A DNA stretch of 61,995 nt, counting the filler, from Actinomycetota bacterium (GTDB lineage Bacteria; Actinomycetota; Actinomycetes; JAKEEW01), in assembly GCA_046725875.1 (NCBI GenBank). It is 3 parts of 3 records of this genome, joined end to end, with 100 filler letters (N's around TTAATTAATTAA, not from the genome) between each part and the next. Parts side by side here need not be neighbours in the genome. Positions count along the whole stretch, not along the records: positions 17,842 to 43,823 come from JBKOZJ010000103.1; 2 more parts are not named here. One strand, 5' to 3'. Positions within the stretch are counted from its first letter, which is position 1; each line of letters opens with the position of its first letter. A program made the position numbers and the translations under genes. Of the stretch, positions 27,072 through 36,817 are shown one piece after another. The notes beneath the pieces are model-generated. The model was not told the DNA's origin and searched no databases. It saw only the letters and a list, made by a program, of their open reading frames with translations.

Positions 27072-28691
27072 TCACTTGCATTCGTATGTAAAGCGGCCCG
27101 TGGCGGACTTGGTTGTCGGCGCGAGAACCCTGAGCGTTGCCTCAGCAGGGAAGGTCCCCTTTCCCTCGAAGGTCCACCGCAGCGTTAGCTCGGTGCGCTT
27201 CTGGTTTGCCGGGATCTCCGCGACCAGCGGCTGCGAGGACTGGTCGTCGTTTCGTACCCAGCGGTAGCGCACATCACCAGAGCCACCGTTGGTGTGGATG
27301 ACGCCCACCACGTCGACCGTCGAGTTACAGCCGGCCTTGTCCGGAGGCTGGACCTCGACGCTGTTCACCGTGAGGTGGTCCGGTGGCCGGCTCCTGAGGT
27401 ACACAACACCGGCGGCGGCGGCAAGAGCGGCGACCAAGCCAAAGGCGATGAGCAGCAGTGGCAGGCGCCGGCCTTTGCGACCGCCCGAGGCCGGCGGCTC
27501 GCGCCACGGTGTTGAGGCTTCGCGACCGGGATAGGTTTCGACTCCAGCCGGACCAGGGGACATGCCCTGGGCGCCCGAGGCCCCCCGGCCAGCGGGGAAG
27601 GAGCGCCCTGGCCCAGCGCCGACCGGCTCACCGCTCCATCGGGGAGGTGGCGCCGAGTACCCTGCCGGTGCCGGTGTCCGCGGCTGCGCCTCGGTGGTTG
27701 CAAGGTTCGAGTCGGATCTGGCCGGCGCCGTGCCCGCCGAAGTCAGCAGGGAACGAGGCGAACTGCGTCCCGCCGGAGGCATGTCTTCACTCCCGTCCGG
27801 CCCTCTGTCGTGCCCCGTCGCATGCGCGAATCCCGACATATGTACGGACCATGCGTTTGCTGCGGTGATGAGCTCCGCGCGCTCGAGGAACCGAGCCGGC
27901 AAGATCGCTCGCCCGTCGATCAGGCGGTAGCGCCCGTTCTCCAGCCCGTCGACCTCCGCGGTCGCGGCTGCCTGACCAAGCAGCGCAGTGCCTTGGATGT
28001 CGTCGCTCGCCCAGCCGCGGGCCAGCTGAGCGGCGAGCCTCGCCCAGGCCCGGACGTCATGGAGTGTCTCGACCCGCCGGACCCCGAGTGCAACTCCCAG
28101 ACTGACCTCCGCGAGCGCGGCCTTGCCATCCGGCCCGATGAGTACCGTCGAGGGTCCTAGCGCACCGTGGGCGATCCCCTGCGCGTGGAGGGCAGCAAGC
28201 ATCTGGGCGGTCTCGTTGAGCAGCGTGGCAGCGCTTCCCGCGTTGAGGCCGCGGGCCGGCCCGTCATCGAGGAACTCGCCCACAGTCGGGCCGGGGGCGA
28301 CAGCCGTCAGCAGCCAGACGGCGCCGTCCTCGACCACCAGATCTGAGACCGCAAGCACACCGGGCAAGCCGAGTTCGCTTACCCGCCCCACCGCAGCGGC
28401 CAGGTGGTGTGCGGCGACCGGGTCCCGAACAAGCGCAGGGTCGAAGAGCAGGCCGCCACCCAGAGCTCCGGCACGGTCGACCGTCAGATACCACCGACCA
28501 CAGTCGGTCGTCCGCAACAGCCCAACCAGCCGGCGGTCCGCGACCCACGTTGTCGTCACGCTGTTTCCCGGGGAGATTCCCCTAAGATCCCCAGATCGCT
28601 CGGCGTCAACAGCCCAGGGGGGCGCTCCCCCGGAACCCCCGGCATGATCGCTGTCACTTCCCCCGTCTCGCCTTCTCCCCGACCTGCTCAT
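27072..28691 (-). CDS. Membrane-anchored pseudokinase with extracellular Ig-like domain
   Basis: Kinase-like LAALHAQGIAHGALGPSTVLIGPDG lacking HRD and DFG; Pro/Gly linker, TM, C-terminal beta-rich domain with two Cys. Confidence 0.7.
   Translation of the reverse strand: MSRSGRRRDGGSDSDHAGGSGGAPPWAVDAERSGDLRGISPGNSVTTTWVADRRLVGLLRTTDCGRWYLTVDRAGALGGGLLFDPALVRDPVAAHHLAAAVGRVSELGLPGVLAVSDLVVEDGAVWLLTAVAPGPTVGEFLDDGPARGLNAGSAATLLNETAQMLAALHAQGIAHGALGPSTVLIGPDGKAALAEVSLGVALGVRRVETLHDVRAWARLAAQLARGWASDDIQGTALLGQAAATAEVDGLENGRYRLIDGRAILPARFLERAELITAANAWSVHMSGFAHATGHDRGPDGSEDMPPAGRSSPRSLLTSAGTAPARSDSNLATTEAQPRTPAPAGYSAPPPRWSGEPVGAGPGRSFPAGRGASGAQGMSPGPAGVETYPGREASTPWREPPASGGRKGRRLPLLLIAFGLVAALAAAAGVVYLRSRPPDHLTVNSVEVQPPDKAGCNSTVDVVGVIHTNGGSGDVRYRWVRNDDQSSQPLVAEIPANQKRTELTLRWTFEGKGTFPAEATLRVLAPTTKSATGRFTYECK
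28567..28643 (+). repeat. Two copies (one degenerate) of the G6-N4-C5 palindromic repeat inside pseudokinase 5' end
   Basis: 28612-28643 GCCCAGGGGGGCGCTCCCCCGGAACCCCCGGC; 28567-28594 CCCGGGGAGATTCCCCTAAGATCCCCAG. Confidence 0.55.
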
Positions 28692-29110
28692 AGATAAAGC
28701 CCGGTGCCCCCGTCCTCGATCCGCTCGGATGCGACGGCGTGGAGGTCGCGTTCCCGCAGCAGGATGTAGGTCTCGCCGCGCACCTCCACCTCGGCCCGAT
28801 CCTCCGGATCGAACATGACCCGGTCACCCGGTTCGACAGTACGGACATTTTGTCCAACCGTCACCACCTCGGCCCAGGCCAGCCGTCGACCGACCTGCGC
28901 GGTAGCGGGGATGACGATGCCCGCGGACGAGCGGCGCTCTCCCGAGTCGACGTCGAGATGAACCAGCACCCGATCGTGGAGCATCCGGATCGGAAGCTTC
29001 TCCGCAAGCTGCTGTCGCCGCGACCGAGACTCGGAGTCCTTCCGGTTCGAACCGCCCGAGCGCGACACTTCCGGTTCGTCCCTGCCACCACTGATACCTG
29101 TACTGGTCAC
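28688..29110 (-). CDS. GroES-family co-chaperone (stand-alone paralog)
   Basis: LHDRVLV, GIVIPATA, AEVVTVG, GDRV, YILLRERDL; no groEL adjacent; stop overlaps pseudokinase start (ATGA). Confidence 0.88.
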   Translation of the reverse strand: MTSTGISGGRDEPEVSRSGGSNRKDSESRSRRQQLAEKLPIRMLHDRVLVHLDVDSGERRSSAGIVIPATAQVGRRLAWAEVVTVGQNVRTVEPGDRVMFDPEDRAEVEVRGETYILLRERDLHAVASERIEDGGTGLYL

Positions 29111-29248
29111 GGATCGCCACGCTACCGCCCGCTACCCTGGGATGCCGATTTTCACTCCGTGATCGACCGGCCGCGGTCGGCTCCCCACTGCATCCCGTGT
29201 CATTGCACCCGCGATCGCGGCCGGTGGCCGGCCCGAGCGTGTTAGTCG

Positions 29249-29271
29249 TTATTGCAAATGACTTGCAACAA
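29249..29271. promoter_or_regulatory. Zur-type operator
   Basis: AT-rich dyad TTATTGCAAATGACTTGCAACAA resembling the actinobacterial Zur box, 26 nt upstream of the metal-binding lipoprotein. Confidence 0.7.
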
Positions 29272-29297
29272 CGGGATGAGGACAATAGCGTGCCGCT

Positions 29298-30314
29298 ATG
29301 CCTAAGGTGCGCGGGACTCGGGCAGGGACCGCGGCCACCGTCGGCATCGCCATGGTTCTGTTCGCCGGATGCGCTTCGGTTAGCGACGACTCCGGTGGAA
29401 GCGACGGTCCACTAAAGATCGCGACCACGGTCGCCCCGATCACGAGCATCGTTGCCGCGGTCGCCGGCGACCACGCCGACATCCAGGGGATCGTCCCGGA
29501 GGGAACCAACAGCCATACCTTCGAGCCCGCACCGAAGGTGGCGGAGCTGCTGAGCACAGCCGACATAATCTTCGTCAACGGGCTAAAGCTCGAAGAGCCG
29601 ACCGAGACACTCGCCAAGCAAAACAAGAGGAGCAGCGCAGAGATCGTCGAGCTCGGGACGACGGTACTGCCGGAGTCGGATTACATCTACGACTTCTCCT
29701 TCCCGAAAAAGGACGGCAAGCCGAACCCGCACCTATGGACCGACCCAAAGTACGCGATCAAGTACGGCCAGGTGATTCGGGACACCCTCAGCCGCCGCGA
29801 CCCGGCCAATGCCCACGACTACGCGGCCAACTACGGGACGTTCGAGCGGGCCGCGACCGCACTCGCCGCCGCCATCAAGGCCGACCAGCAGACGATCCCG
29901 AGCGGCCAACGAAAGCTGCTCACCTACCACGACGCGTACGCCTACTTCGCCAGGACGTTCAATTGGACCGTCATCGGGGCCGTCCAACCAAGAAACTTCG
30001 AGGACCCGGCGCCGGCCGAGGTCGCGCGGCTGATCGACCAGGTCAGGCGCGAGCGGGTTCGGACCATCTTCGGCTCGGAGGTGTTTCCGTCCCGAGTGCT
30101 CGAGGAGATCGGTCGAGCCGCGGGGACGAGATACGAGGACACACTCCGGGACGACGACCTGCCGGGGCGGCCAGGCGATCTCGAGCACTCGTGGCCCGGT
30201 CTGATGCGCTACGACTACATCACCATGATCAAGGGACTAGGTGGTATGCCGACCCAGCTCGAGCAGCTCAGCATTGACGTCGGCGTGCCGGACAAGGCGG
30301 AATACCCGCAGTGA
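29298..30314 (+). CDS. Zn/Mn ABC transporter substrate-binding lipoprotein (ZnuA/TroA family)
   Basis: Lipobox FAGC; NSHTFEP, NPHLW, YHDAYAYF. Confidence 0.93.
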   Translation: MPKVRGTRAGTAATVGIAMVLFAGCASVSDDSGGSDGPLKIATTVAPITSIVAAVAGDHADIQGIVPEGTNSHTFEPAPKVAELLSTADIIFVNGLKLEEPTETLAKQNKRSSAEIVELGTTVLPESDYIYDFSFPKKDGKPNPHLWTDPKYAIKYGQVIRDTLSRRDPANAHDYAANYGTFERAATALAAAIKADQQTIPSGQRKLLTYHDAYAYFARTFNWTVIGAVQPRNFEDPAPAEVARLIDQVRRERVRTIFGSEVFPSRVLEEIGRAAGTRYEDTLRDDDLPGRPGDLEHSWPGLMRYDYITMIKGLGGMPTQLEQLSIDVGVPDKAEYPQ

Positions 30315-31195
30315 CTAGCACTGGAAAGACGCCGCAGCATCCGATCCGACCGGTCGACAGGTTCGCGCATCCGCTGCTACCGAGCTCGCCCCCCGCCGGT
30401 CCGCTCATCCGATTGAAGGGTGTCACCGTCGCCTACGACCGCGCGCCGGTCCTGTCGGACGTAACCCTCGACATCACCGCCCATTCGTTCGCGGGCGTCG
30501 TAGGCCCATCCGGCGCCGGCAAGACGACATTGCTGCGCGCCATGCTCGGCACCGTCCGGCCGTCCGCCGGGAAGGTGACAAGGGCCGATGGCCTGGCCGT
30601 CAGCTATGTACCGCAGCTAGAGACGATCAACTGGAATTTCCCGGTCACGGTGGCCGAGTGCGTGCTGATGGGACGTACCGACCGGATCCTTCCGTGGGCG
30701 AGCCGCGCCGAGCGCGCCGACGTACATCAAGTCCTCGAGCGGCTCGGCATCGGGGAGCTGGCGAACCGGCATATCCGGGAGCTGTCGGGCGGGCAGCAGC
30801 AGCGCATGTTCCTTGCCCGGGCGCTACTGCGCCGGCCCCGGGTCGTACTACTCGACGAGCCCACCTCCGGCGTCGACGTAAGCACCAGGCACGAGGTGCT
30901 GCACCTGCTCGCTGACCTACACGCCGACGGGATCGGGATCGTGCTGACCACTCACGACCTGAACGGCATGGCCGCACACCTTCCGTACCTCATCTGCGTC
31001 AACCAACGAGTCGTCGCCGCCGGCCGGCCTGCGGAGGTGATTACCCCGCCTGTGCTAGAGCGTACGTTCGGCGCCCGGATGGAGGTCCTGCAACACCTCG
31101 GCATGCCGGTCGTCGTCGACGACCACCTAGTCCTCGGGCGGTCTCAACACAACGGAGAGTCCGCGATGCCGGCCCAGGCGAGGGCAGTCCGATGA
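30311..31195 (+). CDS. Metal ABC transporter ATP-binding protein (ZnuC-like)
   Basis: GPSGAGKT, YVPQ, LSGGQQQR, LLDEP, THDL. Confidence 0.95.
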   Translation: MTSTGKTPQHPIRPVDRFAHPLLPSSPPAGPLIRLKGVTVAYDRAPVLSDVTLDITAHSFAGVVGPSGAGKTTLLRAMLGTVRPSAGKVTRADGLAVSYVPQLETINWNFPVTVAECVLMGRTDRILPWASRAERADVHQVLERLGIGELANRHIRELSGGQQQRMFLARALLRRPRVVLLDEPTSGVDVSTRHEVLHLLADLHADGIGIVLTTHDLNGMAAHLPYLICVNQRVVAAGRPAEVITPPVLERTFGARMEVLQHLGMPVVVDDHLVLGRSQHNGESAMPAQARAVR

Positions 31196-32037
31196 TTGAC
31201 TCGTTCCTGCATCCGCTGGAGTTCGCGTTCTTCCAGAAGGGCCTGCTGGTCGCGAGCCTTTCTGGCGCGCTGCTTGGCCTCATCGGCGTCTTCATCACAC
31301 TGCGCGGCATGAGCTACATCGGCCACGGACTTTCGCATGCGATCTTCGGCGGATTCGCGGCAAGCCAGCTCATCAGCGCCGCCCACTACGTCTGGGGCGC
31401 TGGCATATGGGGCATCGGTTCCGCCCTCGCCATCACGTCGGTGACGCGGCGGCGCCGGATCGGAGCGGACGCGGCCATTGGCGTTGTCACGACGGCATCG
31501 TTCGCACTCGGCGTCGCTCTGCTGTCGCGCTTCGGCTCCCTTGGGCCGAGCTTCGACAACGCGCTCTTCGGAAGCATCCTCGGGATCTCATCCCGTCAAA
31601 TCGCCGGGTTGCTCGCAGTTTGCGCATTGACCGCCGCCTTCGTTTTCCTGCGCTATCGGGCGTTGCTCTTCGCGACCTTCGATCCGGACGTCGCCGACGT
31701 GAGCGGGGTACGCGTGGCGCGCACGGACGCGGCCCTCATGGTCGTGTTGTCACTCGGCATCCTCGCAACCCTGACGGTCATCGGGGTCACGCTGGTGGCG
31801 GCCATGCTGGTGACCCCGGCGGTTGTGGCGCGGATGCTTACGCACTCCTTCGCGCGGATGCTGTGGCTATCCACGGTCGTCGGTGCCGCGTGCGGCTTTA
31901 CCGGGATGTATCTCAGCTACTACGCAGAAGTACCGTCCGGCACGATGATCGTACTCACCGGCGCCGCCGTGTTCGTCCTCGCGCTGGCCGTGACCGGTGG
32001 CCGCGGCCTCCGCCGCACCGCGGAACTGCACGCCTAG
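31192..32037 (+). CDS. Metal ABC transporter permease (ZnuB-like)
   Basis: GLSHAIFGG, DAAIG, LFGSILG, TFDP; multi-TM. Confidence 0.95.
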   Translation: MIDSFLHPLEFAFFQKGLLVASLSGALLGLIGVFITLRGMSYIGHGLSHAIFGGFAASQLISAAHYVWGAGIWGIGSALAITSVTRRRRIGADAAIGVVTTASFALGVALLSRFGSLGPSFDNALFGSILGISSRQIAGLLAVCALTAAFVFLRYRALLFATFDPDVADVSGVRVARTDAALMVVLSLGILATLTVIGVTLVAAMLVTPAVVARMLTHSFARMLWLSTVVGAACGFTGMYLSYYAEVPSGTMIVLTGAAVFVLALAVTGGRGLRRTAELHA

Positions 32038-32130
32038 TAGCGCGGCGGCCGCCGCTCGTACGCTCTTGAACCGATCTCGATGGGAAACGGCTCCCACGAG
32101 CCCTCGCGGTCCCATACATACGATCTCTGC

Positions 32131-32475
32131 GTGGCAACCTTCTACGCTCCCGATGGCACGCGGCTGGCATATCACCAGACGGGCGAAGGTTCCCCGCTGA
32201 TCTGCGTTCCAGGCGGCCCGATGCAGGCCTCGGCATACCTCGGTGATCTGGGCGGGCTTGACCCGAAAGCCACCGGATCCGATCTCAGCCGCCTTCGGGC
32301 GCCGGTCCTCCTCATCGCGGGCGAATATGACGTCGGGCTGCCACCGAAACGCGCCGCGGAGTACGCAAGCATGTTCCCCCAGGCCGAGCTGGCCGTACAG
32401 CCAGGCGGCTGGCACCATCCCTGGCTCGACGACCCGCAGTGGTTCGTGCAGACCGTGACGGCGTTCTTGCCCTGA
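32131..32475 (+). pseudogene. Alpha/beta hydrolase with large in-frame internal deletion
   Basis: N-terminus TFYAPDGTRLAYHQTGEGSPLICVPGGP joined near 32259 to C-terminus APVLLIAGEYD...HHPWLDDP; no GxSxG; only 114 aa. Confidence 0.7.
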
Positions 32476-32587
32476 CGGGCCGTGCGCTGTAACCCGCTGA
32501 TCGTGGTGGCGCCCTCCCGGGTCGATCGCAACCCTGTTCGGGCGGGTCTGCGAGACTCGGACAAGACCGACGGAAAGGAGCAGTCAA

Positions 32588-33058
32588 TTGAGTGAGGTAC
32601 GACTGAGGCCCGGCGATAAGGCTCCCGACTTCACGCTGCCGGACGCGGATGGCAAGCCCGTGTCGCTGACCGACTTCCGCGGACGGAAGGTAATCGTCTA
32701 CTTCTATCCCGCTGCGATGACGTCGGGCTGTACGAAGGAGGCGTGCGACTTCCGGGACAACCTCTCCTCGCTTGCCGGCTCGGGCTATGCGGTCGTGGGG
32801 ATCTCCCCCGATCCGCCGGACAAGCTGGTGCAGTTCCGCGAGGCCGAGGGCCTCAACTTCCCGCTCCTCTCGGACCCGGACCGGAAGGTTCTCGACAGTT
32901 ATGGCGTGTGGGGCGAGAAGCAGATGTACGGCAAGACGCGCACCGGCGTGATCCGCTCGACCTTCGTCGTCGACCAGAACAGTCGCATAGAGCAGGCGCA
33001 GTACAACGTCAAAGCCACCGGGCACGTCGCCAAACTCCGGCAGGACCTAGGCATTTGA
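32588..33058 (+). CDS. bcp: Thioredoxin-dependent peroxiredoxin
   Basis: YFYPAAMTSGCTKEACDFRD; AAAGGAG RBS, TTG start. Confidence 0.95.
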   Translation: MSEVRLRPGDKAPDFTLPDADGKPVSLTDFRGRKVIVYFYPAAMTSGCTKEACDFRDNLSSLAGSGYAVVGISPDPPDKLVQFREAEGLNFPLLSDPDRKVLDSYGVWGEKQMYGKTRTGVIRSTFVVDQNSRIEQAQYNVKATGHVAKLRQDLGI

Positions 33059-33205
33059 CAAGCCGGTACGGCCCCCCTCGGGGTGTCCCGAGGCGCACTG
33101 GACCGGAAGCACGCCCAGCGGAGAAGGGGCCGCCCCTGCGCTGCGCGGGCTGGATTGCGACATGCGGCCGCGCTAGATCTTGATCATCGGTCATTTGACG
33201 GCTCG

Positions 33206-33287
33206 TGCGGGAGGGGGGACTCGAACCCCCACGCCCGAAGGCACCAGTTCCTAAAACTGGCGTGGCTACCGGTTACACCACTCCCGC
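33206..33287 (-). tRNA. tRNA-Leu(TAG)
   Basis: GCGGGAG/CTCCCGC acceptor stem, anticodon arm CCAGT-TTTAGGA-ACTGG, long variable arm, GTTCGAG T-loop; CCA not encoded. Confidence 0.97.
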
Positions 33288-33392
33288 TCCTGCCAAGCGA
33301 TGATATGCGATCGACCCCTCGGTGGCGGTCACAATGCAAGGCGCATGGTCAGCGGTGCATCGGCCGGTGATCTGGGGGGTAGCACCTGCAAT

Positions 33393-34016
33393 GTGGCCGC
33401 AGAACGCAAGGTCGTCGAGGATCTGCTCGACCGCTACGGCGAAACGTACGCCGAGCAGGCGGGGATCCGGCTGACCGACAAACCGTCACCGCTGTATCAG
33501 CTGCTGGTGCTCTCCACATTGCTGAGTGCGCGGATTTCCGCGGACGTCGCGGTGGCCGCGGCGAAGGAGTTGTTCAAGGCGGGGTTTCGGACGGCGCAGA
33601 AGATGCAGCAGGCCAGCTGGCAGGACCGGGTGGATGCTCTGGGCCGCGGCCACTACCGGCGATATGACGAGCGCACCTCGACCATGCTGGGTGACGGCGC
33701 CGAACTGCTGATAAAGCGATGGGGTGGTGATCTACGCCGGCTGTGGGCGGAGGCCGGCCGGAAGTCGTCCCGGATCCATGAGCTACTGACTGAATTCCCC
33801 GGGATAGGCCCTACCGGAGCGGACATCTTCCTGCGCGAGGTGCAGGCGGTCTGGCCCGAGGTGGCACCGTACGTGGACAAGCGGGTTAGCGAGCGGGCTG
33901 CGAAGGCCGGCCTGCCGTCAAGCCCGGAGGGTCTGGGCAAGCTGGTCGACTCACCGAGCCAGCTCGCCCGCCTGACAGCTTCCCTGATAAGGACAAAGCA
34001 GCGAACCAAGTCATGA
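33393..34016 (+). CDS. HhH-GPD-like endonuclease/DNA glycosylase family protein
   Basis: LLSARIS, YRRYDE, FPGIGPTGADIFLREVQ helix-hairpin-helix; start uncertain. Confidence 0.8.
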   Translation: MAAERKVVEDLLDRYGETYAEQAGIRLTDKPSPLYQLLVLSTLLSARISADVAVAAAKELFKAGFRTAQKMQQASWQDRVDALGRGHYRRYDERTSTMLGDGAELLIKRWGGDLRRLWAEAGRKSSRIHELLTEFPGIGPTGADIFLREVQAVWPEVAPYVDKRVSERAAKAGLPSSPEGLGKLVDSPSQLARLTASLIRTKQRTKS

Positions 34017-34054
34017 CGGGGCTCGCCCGGCGAACTGGGTGGACGGTTATCTGG

Positions 34055-34138
34055 TCATCGGCTTTCCACGAGCTGCTTGAGGTTGGTCAGGACAATCGGC
34101 AGATAGGACTCCCACATCTCGGCCAGTTGGGTCGCGAC
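34055..34138 (-). pseudogene. 3' remnant of SRPBCC-like gene
   Basis: Minus strand VATQLAEMWESYLPIVLTNLKQLVESR-TGA, amphipathic terminal helix typical of SRPBCC folds; no 5' part. Confidence 0.45.
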
Positions 34139-34140
34139 GG

Positions 34141-34302
34141 CCGACCCCCGAAGGCACCCGTGTCACCGTCGAACACCGCGGTCTGCCGCCGGAAGAGGAG
34201 GCCCAGCATGCCGTGGGCTGGCCGCATTTCCTGACCCGCCTCAGCGGCGCGGCTACCGGTCGCGACCCAGGACCGGACCCCTTTGCGCAGGCAACGACCT
34301 AA
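34141..34302 (+). pseudogene. 3' remnant of SRPBCC/AHSA1-like gene
   Basis: PTPEGTRVTVEHRGLPPEEEAQHAVGWPHFLTRL...DPGPDP-TAA; GTRVxxxHxGLP..GW..FL.RL is the AHSA1-like C-terminus. Confidence 0.7.
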
Positions 34303-34314
34303 CCTCGATGACCG

Positions 34315-34920
34315 TCACCCGAGGCGCTTGGCGATGATCGGGGTAAGCGCGCGGAGGGCCCGCCCGCGGTGACTATTGGCGTCCTTTTCGGCGGGAGTCT
34401 GCTCGGCGGTCGTCCGAGCCTCGCCGAGCGGTACGAAGATCGGATCGTAGCCGAACCCGCCCGTGCCGCGGGGCTCTCGGATCAGGCTGCCGTCCAGCCG
34501 GCCTTCGACGACCTCCTCGCTGCCTTCTGGCGTTACCAACGCCGCGACAGCGACAAAGTGCGCGGTTCGGTGCTCGTCGGGGATGTCACTGATTTGGTTG
34601 AGGAGCAGCCGGAGGTTCGCCTGGTTGTCCCCGTGCCGCCCAGACCAGCGAGCGGAGAAGATCCCAGGCATCCCGTTCAGGACATCCACACATAGCCCCG
34701 AGTCGTCGGCGACAGCCGGTAGCCCGGCGTGGGCGCTCACCGCTTGCGCCTTCAGGAGCGCGTTCGCGGCGAAGGTTAGCCCGGTCTCCGGGGTATCGGC
34801 GAGATCGGGGAACTCGTCCAAGCCGACCAGCTCAATCGCCAGTCCGGACTCGGCCAAGATCCGACGGAACTCGACGATCTTCCCGGGATTACGGGTTCCG
34901 AGAGCGATCTTCCGCACCAC
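34315..34920 (-). CDS. rdgB: Non-canonical purine NTP pyrophosphatase
   Basis: TRNPGK, ADDSGL, PGIFSAR, GFGYDPIF, SHRGRA. Confidence 0.96.
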   Translation of the reverse strand: MVRKIALGTRNPGKIVEFRRILAESGLAIELVGLDEFPDLADTPETGLTFAANALLKAQAVSAHAGLPAVADDSGLCVDVLNGMPGIFSARWSGRHGDNQANLRLLLNQISDIPDEHRTAHFVAVAALVTPEGSEEVVEGRLDGSLIREPRGTGGFGYDPIFVPLGEARTTAEQTPAEKDANSHRGRALRALTPIIAKRLG

Positions 34921-35081
34921 ATCCTCCTTCCTCTTGGCGCCGCTTTACGCCTCCCGGCGCCGCTGCGCGCCTCCTGGCGCGCCCTTAAGCCCAGTAGGGT
35001 CGAGAATCGGACAATTCGGGCTGATGATCACGGTCAGCCTGCATTAAGCGGCGGCCGGAGGCGTGGGGGCACGGCGGGGCC

Positions 35082-35813
35082 CTAATCGGCAAGGGCTTCC
35101 TGCTGCAGGCGAGTAAGTTCGGCACAGCCGGCTACGGCGAGGTCGAGCAGCGTGTCGAGGGTCGGACGGTCGAAGGTTGCGCCCTCGGCGGTGCCCTGCA
35201 CTTCGACGAAGTTGCCGTCACCAGTACAGACGACATTCACGTCGCTGTCGGCCCGTACATCCTCCTCATAGCAGAGGTCGAGCATCGGCACGCCCCCGAT
35301 CACTCCCACCGAGACGGCTGCGACCGAGCCGGTCAGCGGTTCCACTCCCGGCCTGACCAGCTTCTTGTCCTGTATCCATCGAACGGCATCCGCCAGCGCC
35401 ACCCATGCGCCGGTGATGGCCGCCGTCCGGGTGCCGCCGTCGGCCTGCAGCACGTCGCAGTCGAGCACGATCGAGTTCTCGCCGATCAGGGACAGATCGA
35501 CCGCGGCGCGCAGGCTTCGGCCAAGCAGCCGGGAGATTTCCTGCGTACGGCCCCCTACCTTGCCGCGCACCGACTCTCGGTCCGACCGCGTCGACGTCGC
35601 CCGGGGCAACATCGCATATTCGCCCGTCACCCACCCCTTGCCGCTGCCGCGCCGCCAGCGCGGGACCGTGTCTAGCACGCTCGCTGTACACAACACGCGA
35701 GTATGCCCGAACTCGCACAGGACGGAACCCTCGGCGTGCTCGGTCCAGCCGCGCATGAACCGGATCGACCTGAGCTGGTCGGCGGCGCGGCCGTCAATGC
35801 GTGTCTCACCCAC
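35082..35813 (-). CDS. rph: Ribonuclease PH
   Basis: [46 protein letters not shown] 7 nt before GTG 35813. Confidence 0.97.
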   Translation of the reverse strand: MGETRIDGRAADQLRSIRFMRGWTEHAEGSVLCEFGHTRVLCTASVLDTVPRWRRGSGKGWVTGEYAMLPRATSTRSDRESVRGKVGGRTQEISRLLGRSLRAAVDLSLIGENSIVLDCDVLQADGGTRTAAITGAWVALADAVRWIQDKKLVRPGVEPLTGSVAAVSVGVIGGVPMLDLCYEEDVRADSDVNVVCTGDGNFVEVQGTAEGATFDRPTLDTLLDLAVAGCAELTRLQQEALAD

Positions 35814-36001
35814 GTCAGCGACCCTATCCGGCACGGTGGGCCGTGATCGGCGGCACGCCGAACATTTCGATCATGGCCACTTCGTCACTTGGCTGGGAGT
35901 CGGCTTTTCCCCGCTGGCACGGCTCCGATACGGATCCTGATTGGTCGCGCCGCATCTCGGTCTGCGCCGTCGACGTGGCCCGGCTCGGTAAGGTGCCGCC
36001 C

Positions 36002-36796
36002 GTGGCTGACGCACCGGTTGGGATCTTCGACAGTGGGTTCGGCGGGCTGACCGTGGCCCGCGCGATCATCGACCAGCTGCCGCGCGAGCCCGTGCTTTAT
36101 CTCGGCGACACGGCCCGCCAGCCGTACGGCCTCAAGCCGATCGCCCAGGTCCGCCGCTACGCCCTCGATTGCCTCGACGACCTGGTCGACTCCGGCGTGA
36201 AGATGCTCGTCATCGCTTGCAACAGCGCGAGCGCGGCAGTGCTGCGGGACGCCCGCGAGCGTTATCCGGTTCCGGTGGTAGAGGTGATCAAGCCCGCGGT
36301 AAGGCGTGCAGTAAAGACGACTCGCAACGACCGGGTCGGCGTCATCTCAACCCCGGCAACGAAGACCAGCCTCGCTTACGAAGACGCGTTCGCTGCCGCG
36401 CCGCATGTGACGCTCACCACGCAGGCTTGCCCCCGCTTCGTTGAGTTCGTGGAGAAGGGGATCACGACCGGCGACGAGCTCCTGAAGCTGGCTCATGACT
36501 ACCTCGACCCGGTCGTCGCCGCCAGCGTCGACACGCTTATCCTCGGATGCACGCACTACCCGCTGCTGACCGGCGTCATCTCGTACGTGATGGGCGCAGA
36601 CGTCGCGCTGGTGTCAAGTGCCGAGGAGACCGCCCAGGACGTATACCGGGCACTCTTGGAGTATGGGCTTCAGCGCCGCGACGGTCTGCCGGAGCCGCAA
36701 CACAGGTTCCTAACGACGGGCGACCCAGTGGAGTTCAAACAGTTGGCACACCGATTCCTCGGCCCGGAGGTCAGCGGTGTCGAGCCGGCAGCATAA
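36002..36796 (+). CDS. murI: Glutamate racemase
   Basis: [31 protein letters not shown] 7 nt before GTG 36002. Confidence 0.97.
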   Translation: MADAPVGIFDSGFGGLTVARAIIDQLPREPVLYLGDTARQPYGLKPIAQVRRYALDCLDDLVDSGVKMLVIACNSASAAVLRDARERYPVPVVEVIKPAVRRAVKTTRNDRVGVISTPATKTSLAYEDAFAAAPHVTLTTQACPRFVEFVEKGITTGDELLKLAHDYLDPVVAASVDTLILGCTHYPLLTGVISYVMGADVALVSSAEETAQDVYRALLEYGLQRRDGLPEPQHRFLTTGDPVEFKQLAHRFLGPEVSGVEPAA

Positions 36797-36817
36797 CGCA
36801 AACCTGAGGAGCGGCGA

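Noticed and set aside
33060..33400. Integrative element at tRNA-Leu
   Set aside because: No integrase and no duplicated tRNA 3' end seen in the window.
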